64,000 bases of DNA, taken from Yuukianura sp. NJ FZ-2021. Lineage: Eukaryota. Below the pieces are notes generated by a model that worked only from the letters and a program-made list of their open reading frames with translations, was not told the DNA's origin and ran no database searches. The stretch covers positions 310,001 through 374,000 of the forward strand of contig CM102289.1 of NCBI GenBank assembly GCA_046563655.1, given 5' to 3'. Position 1 is the stretch's first letter. Each line of letters opens with the position of its first letter. Positions 26,324-43,802 of the stretch are shown piece after piece. A program made the position numbers and the translations under genes.

Positions 26324-27143
26324 AATGCAGAAATTATTGAAATGGAATGCCGCATGAGAATGTTGCTTGTTTAAATTTTTTTATGTTCTGGAAGCAAACC
26401 AGGAAAGTAACGTCTTTTTATCCGATTTCAAAGAATAAAAATATCAAGTCCATTACGTGTCAAGATTACAACACAGTTTTATGAATTTTTACAAAACTTT
26501 TCTAATTAATCCGGTGTATGGTACATATCATAATTAAAGCACCGAAAATTAGTTGCTTAAATCATTAACAAATTTCCCGCCACGGATTTTTTCTCGGTAA
26601 AAAGGAACCACAAATTCTACAGTTCTTTCCTCAGTCATTTATAGCCGCAACGTTCTACAAAAAATTTGAGTAAGTTAAAAAAAATACTTCTAAATTTTTT
26701 TAGTACAACATTTAATTAGCACAATTTTTTAGCACACCATTCTCCTAACGTGATCAAAACTTGATATAATTTTTATTATTTTGAAGTACAGAACGTCAAG
26801 TGAAGGTCACGTCGTGAAGGTCAAAAAATTAAATCAAAATCAGTTTGGTTTGTTTCATTTTTTGAAATCTAATGCTCTTGTCGTACACTGCAAACGCTAA
26901 CCACCATTTCGAAAAAGGAAGAACTTTTTCAAGTCGATATTTAATTTATAATTCACCGTTGAAAACTTTTTGAAAGTTTTGTGTCAAAAACAGTCTTTAT
27001 TTTTTTAGTTTAATCCGAGATCAACCAACAATATTGTAATAATCACCTAAGCTGACAATTTCAAAATCCAGTGGTTAAAACTAACAATGTCAAAATGCTT
27101 TTGATTTTTCTGTTCTTTTTCACTTAAAAATGAATTCCCAAAA

Positions 27144-30100
27144 TTAGTACGATTCTAGAAATCTTTCTTGTGAGTTGGATCGATTTGGCCTGCGTGGAGG
27201 CGGTGTGTGTTGCAAAGTCTGAAAATATTGAACTCCGTTGCTCATTTTGTTTTTCCTGTCACGCAGCAATTCCTCTTCGCTGCTCCACCGTTGCCTCTGT
27301 ACCTTCCGATGTTCTTGGTTTCTTGCTCGTTTGTAGTCGACATACTTCGTTGTCTTGGGAACCGTGGCTGAAAGATCGCCACCGCCACGCTGAATGTCTC
27401 CACCGCCGCGGTGCCCAACATTTGTAATTGGCGGAAGTCGTTGCTGATTCGGTGGAGTGTAGAACAAGCGGTCTCTTGCGATTGGTTGTTGCGGGTTGCT
27501 CAAACTCGGGAAAAATGGAGATGCACCGTCGCTTCTGTGGCCACTCAACGTGTCCCGCACGGTGTCGCGGTTGTACGGTCCAGAAATTGCAGCTAAAATG
27601 AAAAAAAAATTGACATTGTTGAAATTTTAAAATTTCAAACTTCAATTGCAGTTTTTATTTCAAAATTTTGTTGTTCACCGTTTAGGAAGTGACGTTGACG
27701 GTGAATAATGGCTTCCCCGAGGGCTTTTTGACGCAGACAACGCAGAAGCAGAGCTCCGCGTCTTTTCAGCTCTGCTTCAATTTCGATTGACATTTTACTA
27801 ACTTGTTCTTGCTGCAATTTGCACAGTAGACTGAGAATTAGTCGCTGCACTTCCGGTAAGTACTCGTTAGCACCTTCCTCAACTCCCACGATTTGACCCC
27901 GTATGCGTTTCAGTTCATTTTCAACGTCTTTGCGCATGTGTAAAAGTTTGTCCTGTTCTTGGCGTACTTGCTTCAATTCAATCATCACAGAATTAATTTC
28001 AGCTTTCCCAGGATCAGACTCTTCCAACGAAACGGCTACAACAAAGTAAACAATCTCATTAACACAAATTGTACATTGAAATCGATGCAGAGTTGGTTTT
28101 TTACCGACTGTATATTGCAAAAAAGGGAAAGAAAAAATAAGTGCGTGGAGTGGGATTCGAACTCACACGTCTGACCGTTCCGGCGTAATCGCTTTCACCG
28201 TTGAGCTACCCAGCTCACTCTACTTTCTTGCTCTCAAATCTTTATTAACCTAAAAAACGCGGGAAAAATTTAAAAGTTGCCAATTCGTACCGTCGTCATC
28301 AGAATCCCGCGTGACTTTTAAATTTTCCCAGTCCAAAACCATGAGGCGTAGAATCTCACAGTCGAGTGCGGATTGCAGCATGGCGCCATCTAGTTTTAGC
28401 AAATCATTTCTCAGTTTAAACTCTTCGTCAAATAATCTCAGGATTTCGGTTTTGATTGGCTCTAATTCTGCCCGCTCGTGCTCAACTCGGTAGTTTTCGT
28501 GCAAATTCGGCAGCGGCGGAAATGGATTTGAAGGAGGAATGGCTGTGATTGGTTGTTTGCTTCGCTTTCCTGCCATTTGATTGGTTAATTTTGGAGGCGG
28601 AGTGGTGCTGGGAGACTCCGAGTCCACCTCACTCTTTCTTACTTCCAATTTCATTTGTAATCTCTTCACTTCGTTTCTCAGTTCTTGTATAACGCTGAAA
28701 CTGCCAGCATCAAGGTCAGTTGGTGGGATTTGGATGAATTTTTTGACTCGATTAGAGATAGCACGGGCTCTCTGTGCGTAGAGTAGAGTGTTGCGCGTCT
28801 CTTCATACATCCTGGAGCCTGGACTGATGTGAGCAATCATCGCAGTCTTTGAAGCTCCTCCAAGAGCAGCCTACAAAATAAAGTGAAGATTGGTCAAAAC
28901 AATACAGACTTTCCCATAATTTGTTCTTCACAACCTTTTCGCATTTGTGAGTCGGGTTTTTGCTTGTGTCAGTTTAAGGAAAAAGTTTCAACACTAACTT
29001 AGTCCTTGCTGAAAATTATGTCTAATATGGTAGGTGGTCGGGAAAGTGAAAAGTGATTAGAGAAGTGGTAGGTGGTCGGGAAATTGAAAAAGGGAACTGG
29101 TAGGTGGTCGGGAAATTGAAAAGTGATACAGAAGTGGCAGGTGGTCGGGAAGTTGAAAAGTGATTGCAGAAGTGGTAGGTGGTCGGGAAACTGAAAAGTA
29201 ATTACAGAAATGGTAGATGGTCGGGAAATGGAAAAGTAATTACGGAAATGGTAGGTGATCGGGAAATTGAAAAGTGACTTGAGAAGTGGTAGGTGGTCGG
29301 GAAATTGAAAAGTGATACAGAAGTGGTAGGTGGTCGGGAAGTTGAAAAGTGATACAGAAGTGGTAGGTGGTCGGGAACTTGAAAAGTGATACAGATGTGG
29401 TAGGTGGTCGGGAAATTGAAAAGTGATACAGAAGTGGTAGGTGGTCGGGAAATTGAAAAGTGATACAGAAGTGGTAGGTGGTCGGGAAGTTGAAAAGTGA
29501 TACAGAAGTGGTAGGTGGTCGGGAAGTTGAAACGTGATTGCAGAAGTGGTAGGTGGTCGGGAAGTTGAAAAGTGATTGCAGAAGTGGTAGGTGGTCGGGA
29601 AGTTGAAAAGTGATTGCAGAAGTGGTAGGTTGTCGGGAAGTTGAAAAGTGATTGCAGAAATGGTAGATGGTCGGGAAATTGAAAAGTAATTACGGAAATG
29701 GTAGGTGGTCGGGAAATTGAAAAGTGATTTGAGAAGTTGTAGGTGGTCGGGAAATTGAAAAGTGACTTGAGAAGTGGTAGGTGGTCGGGAAATTGAAAAG
29801 TGATTTGAGAAGTGGTAAGTGGTCGGGAAGTTGAAAAGGGATTACAGAAGTGGTAGGTGGTCGGGAAATTGAAAAGTGATTTGAGAAGTGGTAGGTGGTC
29901 AGGAAATTGAAATGTGGTCGAGGCAGTCATAGGTGGTCGGGCAAGTGGTCTGGAAAGTGTTAGATGGTCGGGGATGTCAAAAACTTGTCGAAGCAGTTAA
30001 AAAAACTTGACCTATTGGATGATTTTTTTGCTTTATGGATTTTTTTTTAATTTACGTCACTGTTGTGTAAAAAAATCTTTCAACACTAAATTTCTACTCA

Positions 30101-33100
30101 AACCTATTGCTGAATGGAGCTCAAAACAAACGTTTCACGGTCCATCAAAGTTTTGCATGTAACAGCAGGAAATGAGGCCAATTGAAAATGGACACATTTG
30201 TCACAAACAGCTTTTTCTTCTGTTTTTTTTTTTTTTGAAAAGAAGGAAACGCTCTCGATGACTGACAAGAGAACGATTATTGGCAGTCAAAATATTTCAA
30301 CAAATACTTTAACAAGCCCTTGCAACCAAACAATTTAAATATCTCGGCGCGTGCGCTTTTAAAAACTATTGAATTGCAACAAGCAAAGCATCTTTAATTG
30401 CATATCGAACTAAAAGTAGAACCAAAATCCAATGCAAAAGGAATATCGACTAACGGCCACCAGAAAAGAAAATGAGAACGAGTCACGAAACATGCTAATT
30501 TCAGCTGAACTAAAAATTGATTCAAAATTCCAATGCGACTAGCTAGACCAAATTTCACCATAGCGAAAACAAGTTCAAATACAAAAAATTTTTGGCCATG
30601 ACCAAATTTTTGAAAATGTAGCCCTTGGCCTCTTAGCAGTTTAAGATTTGAGGAGATTCAAAATCTGGACCAGCGTTGTTAAAATTTCTATTTCTAGGAC
30701 AAGGTCGACGTTTAGCAAAAAAACAAAATATACAAAATTCCCTTGGTTTCGCATAGATTTGAATTTTCCGTGCCAGGTAAAGTGCAAATTGTGTAAAACA
30801 TTAAGCTAAAAAAAATCTTTGTACTAAAACCCTGATTATGTCTTTGACCTTAGTCCACCTCCACACGTCGAAATAAATGCTCTTAAAATGAAATCTCCTT
30901 TATGAAAAGTACTCTTTCTCATTTTTTTTGAAAACTTTTTCACTTTTTTTTTTTGAAAACGGACCTTGAGGAGTCTAGTTAGCTTTGAATCTCTGTAGTT
31001 GATGTACTTGTCGTCTCCTGATGAGAGGGCAGTGATGCAGTTTCCAAGTGCCAAAAGTGATCGATTGATGTGCCCTCCCTCACGAAGTCGAACGCCAGAG
31101 TTCTACAAACCAAAAAAATTTACAAATTTAAGCACGCCATGGAAAAATTTGACTAAATTATTCACTAATCTTTGTCCTTAAACTAAAAACCTATCCTTCA
31201 AAATCTAAAACCGACACTGAGAATCGAAAAATAGAAAATGAAACGCCAAAAAGCAAAAGTGAAAAGTCAAAAAATACAAATTACAAGTAAAAAAAAATGC
31301 AAAAAATGAAAAATGTGAATGACCTTTGTGTTTGAGGCTCTCTCTGACCCTGCTAGGTCAATCAGGTACAGTTTTCCCTCCACAGTATCTCCCGAACTTA
31401 ATATTTTTTGCCGAACTGTGACTAACAGCACAGCGTGACTCCTTGAAGAAGTTACATTCGCCGCAGTAGCTTCCATCGTCCTTGCTCTGTTTCCTTTTTG
31501 CAGCAATTCGAGCACTTCCATTGTCGTTGTAGTGCGGATTTCAGACAGTCCGGCAACATGTACTTGATCTTTGTCTTCTCTCAGTTCAAGCGAAATGCCC
31601 GGCACAGGACGGAGGAGATCTCGGATTTGTTCGTTGTAAACTTCCAAGTAGGATAAATACACTTCCGTTTTGGATTTTAAATTTTGGCGGGAGCAGAGAT
31701 GGAAAATGTCATCAACTGCACGAGCCATGATGCCCGGATTTGAGGGCGTACCGACCATGGTGTAAGTTTTACCGGAACTCGTAGCACCGTAGGCAAAGAT
31801 TGTAGCGTAGTAACCTTCTAGTACCGATCGGATCAAGGGAGCGGCGGTATTTTTGTACACTTCTTCCTGCGATACCGTTTCGTCGTAAACTCGGTCGAAC
31901 TCGTACCGTTGCTTTTTTGAATTGTTGTTGGAAGGAGGAATTCGAGAGTTCGTGGGACGGGGAGGCTGAAAAATTGTACCGGTTCGGAAGTGGTGTTCAA
32001 GGTCGGCAATCCGGTCTGCCGCTGGCGGTTCTGTTAGCAATAGTCTCTAAGAAAGTATAATGAAAATACAAGATTCAAATACGGTAAATCCACAGCGATA
32101 TCAAAAATAAGCGCCAGTGCCGACTACCGTAAAAGCTCTAATAAACGCCCAGGATTTATTCAAAATCGGAGTATTTAGCTCTGTATTTAGTGGAGACCGG
32201 AGAAAAGAGGCGCTTACTACTAGAAGTTTTATGGTATACAGTCCATAGTACTTCTGTATAGTGAAATCGTGGGAATTTTTTTTAGAACTACAAATTTTGC
32301 ATACATTTTTTTTAAATTTTTTGTAAAATTTTTAATTTCACAAAATTACAAAACTGCTTGATGGTTGCACATGTCTGAGTGGTGTTTGTGGTTTGTCTGA
32401 TTCTGTGACTAATTGTATGTTGGCGGATGGATGGGATTGTGTCAATTTTCCATTGTTTGCATTGTGTTAGGAGTGAAAGGAGGAGTGTCAACATGTACTC
32501 TGTTGTGTATTCTGTGCTCAAGTGAAAGTTGCATTATGTTTAGTGCCTGGCAGTGGCAGGGGACATGACAATGACATACACGAAATGATGGCACATAATG
32601 GGATGATCAATACGCAGTTTTTCAAAAAAGACAAGGTTGTTTTTTGAAATTTAGTTCATAGAGAAAGATCAATCTTTTGTGCTAAACACGCGAATGATCG
32701 GTTAATGAACAGGAAGCAGTCAGAATGCATGATGGGAACTCCAGACACACGCCACAAATAAACTAATCTTTACCTTAACCTTTCACCTTGCTCTAGTCCC
32801 ACGCTAAGGTTAAGTCAAAGTAAAGCTATTTAAAGAATTTTTACACAAATTTTAAGTTCTAAATATATTATGTATAAAATTTAAGACAGCTTAGTTTAGA
32901 TATGCTCAAAGCAAATATTGAAAGAAAAAAAAAATTTTCTTTGAATTTTTTGAAATTTTATCTTACGTGCAAATCTATGACAGTGACTGCTCGATGTCCA
33001 TTTCCTGTGACAACCCCTGCTGCACCGGAGTCCATTGACATTGTGAGTGGGCGCACTCGAACAGCAACCTAAACAGCAAAAGTTATCAAAACAACACAAA

Positions 33101-33247
33101 AATATGAAAACGTGTTTAAACTGAAATTTAGCCAAAAGTGACAAATTTTTCAAATGGTTTCTCTTTTTTTAATTTTGCTTAACATTTTTAGAACTTTACC
33201 GTGAGACGTTCACTTTGAACGTTGTTGCCGCTTTCCTTGTGAGTCAT
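27144..33247 (-). CDS. KIF19: Kinesin-8 motor, KIF19-like
   Basis: [22 protein letters not shown] (P-loop), [37 protein letters not shown]...EETRNTL, then a coiled-coil tail. Confidence 0.88.
28081..28218 (-). mobile_element. tRNA-derived SINE-like copy (intronic)
   Basis: GTAGCTCAACGGTGAAAGCG...GAGTTCGAATCCCAC, then a T-tract and a tail ATATACAGTCGGT...TGCATCGA shared with the 46438 copy. Confidence 0.7.
29028..29965. repeat. G-rich minisatellite, 37-38 bp unit, roughly 24 copies, in a KIF19 intron
   Basis: Unit gaagtggtaggtggtcgggaaattgaaaagtgataca read directly from the sequence. Confidence 0.97.
32125..32236. mobile_element. Short MITE-like element
   Basis: taccgtaaaagctctaataaacgcc ... 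ggcgcttactactagaagttttatggta imperfect TIRs; a similar right end occurs at about 60060-60081. Confidence 0.5.
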
Positions 33248-33644
33248 TATGCCAAGCGCCTTGTACTGAACAACACTAATGTGGATTTACTAGAATTTTT
33301 CACTAAAGTTAAGTTTTGAACATGTTTGAACACCGTACAACTGAAATTTCCATTTTGAACTTATTGCTGTGTGGTTCGTTGCCTTGACAAATCGTGACTG
33401 AATAACAAAACAGGACAAAAGTCTAACCAAAACTGCTTTCTCCACTTTCTCCGACGCCAGCTCATCTCCATATACTCCGAAATTAGTTCAACATGCAAAC
33501 TCTCAACTCGTTCTACTCAACACCACTTTAGTTCAACTCAACTTAATCAAAATTGTACATTTTACACACTTTAACTTATTTCACGTATTAAACTGATTTG
33601 CATATTTGCATACTCACATATTACATATTTAAATTTTTCTCTGG

Positions 33645-40551
<6,907 letters not shown>

Positions 40552-41736
40552 TATGACTTTGATTTTGTGTTTCCGACACCAATGTTGAAAGATTGTGTAA
40601 TTTGCGTCTACGATTAATAACTACTTGTGTTAGTTCTTCAAAAAGTAAAAAGCGTGTATAAAATACGTAACACGTAATACGTTTTCCTGTTCGGCTCCGA
40701 GTGAATCTAATATTAAATGCTCTGATTTAAGTCACATGCCGGCGTATGAATAAAGGTTTTAAGGCGTGTACGTGTGACTAAATTTGAAAAGTGTGACTGG
40801 GCTTTTCCATTGAAGCCACCGTCAAACCAGCAATCGACTCACCAATTGAGTTATGATCAAGTGATTAATTTTATCTGCCGATTAATTCACCTTGATTTTC
40901 ATACCATCAAGTCCACCACACGGTAGTTCCAAACTGTTAATCTTTTTGAGTCCTGATAAGTTCAAGTTTACAATCGATTTCGTTCAATCCAAAGGTTGTC
41001 CGGTGCTGTTTCACCCATTGTGTTTACCAGATTACACAGAAATCAAGTCATATCATGCGACACCTTCAAATTTAGTGACCTCCACACATGAAGTCACCTT
41101 GGGATTTCTGTTTCCTTATTACCGTTTTTAACATTTACAGTTTTTAACATTTTAACATAATATTTTTAACAAGAGTTTTTAACATTTTCCAATTTTCAAG
41201 CTAAAGTAAAAACCCCATGAGTAAAAACAAACATAATTTTGCCGTTGTACATTAAAAGGCTACGTTCACCTACAAAGAATTTGTGTTGTAAAGTGAAAAA
41301 CGTGGCTGATTGGGGCTGCCCATGTGTTTTTCTTGATTCTATTTTAATCAGGACTTAATTGCTTTTTATTTCATTAATTGAACTTTTGGCTTCTGTTTGA
41401 AACAAGGTCAGCCTCATACCTGTGTTGGTACGAACAGAAAAATTTATGATACAGCGTACTTAACCGCTATCGCTGTGATACGGTAACGGTTTTCGTCAAA
41501 ATATGGTTGGTTGGGTAGCAACGCCACTCAAATAACCACAATTCAAGAAATAAACGCTCTAATTAAATACGTCAAGTTTATTAAAATTTATACTGAATAG
41601 TAGGAAGTAACACGACAACTTACAAATTACGACTCGTAAGTTTCTAAATATTAAACTACTTGACAAAATTTGATTTTTCTTTATTGTTTCTTTGAAATTT
41701 TCTTTTGAAGTGTCTAGAAACTCAATATTTTTGAAA

Positions 41737-42003
41737 ATGCATTCCGGATTCATCGCTTTACTTTTGGTTTGCACCGTGATTGGAGTGACAGCGGCGGGCG
41801 GTGGACACCGTGGAACTTGCTGGGTCTATGTCCACTCTGAAGACTACACTAAATCAGAATCTACTTGCTACTGCGCAGACAAAGAAGGCGACTGTGAACC
41901 TCATTACTTTACACCAGAAGCACAAAACGATCAGTTCAGATGCGAAAAGAATCTCAAATGCAAGGGATACAACTACGAAAAAGTCTGCTGCACACCAAAG
42001 TAA
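41737..42003 (+). CDS. Small secreted 8-cysteine peptide (88 aa)
   Basis: Signal peptide MHSGFIALLLVCTVIGVTA; mature part has C, CxC, C, C, C, CC; single ORF. Confidence 0.8.
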   Translation: MHSGFIALLLVCTVIGVTAAGGGHRGTCWVYVHSEDYTKSESTCYCADKEGDCEPHYFTPEAQNDQFRCEKNLKCKGYNYEKVCCTPK

Positions 42004-42307
42004 ATTTTAAATTCTACATCTTTCAAAAGTTTGAAAAAAATCCTGTCAGGGTAGCTAAGATTACTCAAAAGTTCAAAATTGGTGACAAAATAAATCTTTC
42101 GTTCTGAAACTCCAATAAGTATTTGCATAGCGTTCAAGTAAATTTTCACACTACTAAACTTTTTTTTTTCCAGTAAAAGTTTCTTCAGCAAAAATAAAAC
42201 TTTTTTCAGTAACACTAAAGGTTTTTTGAGTAAAAGTTTCTTCAGTAAAAGCAAAAATTCCTTCAGTAAAAGTAAAAGTCGTTTCAGCAGAAGTTTATTT
42301 CTATTTT

Positions 42308-43381
42308 CTATGCGCTATAAAAACATTTCTGCATGTTGAAGAAGTTAACATTTGGAAATCGTGTGAATTTAAACCATTTCGGTTTCAAAATGGTTTTGAG
42401 TCCACTTCTGAACTGGGTATCAAAGTACCAGTGACACACTGGGTTAATTACGATAGAAACCATAAGCATAACTACGGTACCAGCATATAAGTTATAGTCA
42501 TAGTCACAAATTCCTTTGGAAATACCGTAAATCCTCAAATATGATTCATAAGTATAAAATATTACAACTGGGGTCCAACACATCAGTTGAAACAGCAGAA
42601 TAGTTACAATCAGCGTTGCTCTGCGCTTGCGTTTTTCATGTTCCAAGTGATCTTGCGCCGTCACTTCACCAACAAATTTTCGATTTCTGATTTTAAAAAT
42701 CGTCACTCCAGAAACGATTACTCCAAGAATCAGCGGTCCAAGGAAAGTAATCGCCGGGAAATACGGTATTTTAGCCCATGCTACCACCCTACTATTAATT
42801 ATTATACAACACCCGCCAAAATACAAATTTTCAAAATTTTCAAACCTTACTGCTTCAAAATCACTTCCAAAATTTACAATTACCATAGAAAAAGATAAAC
42901 TTAAAATCCAAATTACAATGACAACTAAAATCGTACTCCAAATTCTTCGATTTTGAGAAGTGCTGTTTCTTTTTAACAGTTTTTTGAAATTTGAGGACAG
43001 AGTTTCAGACATTTTAAAAGCTAGAAAAGTAATTGAAAAAGTCGTGACATAACCGGACACTTGGGTAATGTAGTTGGCAATGTTGAAACAAGTGAATGTT
43101 TGAAAGTTGTACAACACAGAACCAATGAGAAACATTTCATCGCTTATTGAAATACTTACAAAAACTATTCTGCTTAACGTAGACTTAAAGTATCTTTTGT
43201 TTAACATTAAGTAAATTACAAGTCCGTTAAAAACTAAGGACAAAACGGCTAAAATTATGACAGAAACTTGCGTAATTCTGGAGATTATTTCTTCAACTGC
43301 TGTAAAACTGTGTCTTCCTATAAGATCTGTCGGTGTAGTCAAAACTCCAGCACTGTTGCTCAAATTTTTTGAACCCATTTT
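42308..43381 (-). CDS. Divergent intronless class A GPCR
   Basis: Seven hydrophobic segments; TM1 N (FNGL), TM2 SISD, TM4 W, TM6 CWTP, TM7 NPVCH, helix 8 FR. Confidence 0.8.
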   Translation of the reverse strand, partial: KMGSKNLSNSAGVLTTPTDLIGRHSFTAVEEIISRITQVSVIILAVLSLVFNGLVIYLMLNKRYFKSTLSRIVFVSISISDEMFLIGSVLYNFQTFTCFNIANYITQVSGYVTTFSITFLAFKMSETLSSNFKKLLKRNSTSQNRRIWSTILVVIVIWILSLSFSMVIVNFGSDFEAVRFENFENLYFGGCCIIINSRVVAWAKIPYFPAITFLGPLILGVIVSGVTIFKIRNRKFVGEVTAQDHLEHEKRKRRATLIVTILLFQLMCWTPVVIFYTYESYLRIYGISKGICDYDYNLYAGTVVMLMVSIVINPVCHWYFDTQFRSGLKTILKPKWFKFTRFPNVNFFNMQKCFYSA

Positions 43382-43802
43382 CAAAAAATTGGACAAAAAA
43401 ATTTTGTCCAAAAGGAGAACTTTTTTCAAAAAATTTAAAAACTTGACAGTAACAGGCCTAGTTCCACTCTTTGAACGAATGTTTGTTTTTTCTCCGCATT
43501 ATCATTGTTTATCAATGTTTGATTTCCGATTAGCACTGAATGTTTGGAGGCAAATTGAAAAAAAAGCTAAAAAAAATTGCTGATTTGTTTGTTTAACTGT
43601 GCTAATTTAATGTTTCGCATTAAAAAAACGAAAGTCATCGCTGCGGTTTCTATCCCGGACATGACTCACGTTCGTCGTCAGAATTAAAAAACTGACCCTA
43701 TTGCATAAAATACTGCCATGTAATTCGCGTGATTTGAAAAGTTGACCTTTGACATGCTTGACCTTTGACCTTTGACACGAATGTTGTTGACCTCGGAAAT
43801 GT

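Noticed and set aside
28141..28218. Functional tRNA gene
   Set aside because: Mismatched acceptor, T and anticodon stems, and flanks shared with a more decayed copy, favour a SINE-like repeat.
29202..29930. 242-aa repetitive ORF, or a possible CRISPR-like array
   Set aside because: It is a translation of an intronic minisatellite. Units are contiguous with no unique spacers and the context is eukaryotic.
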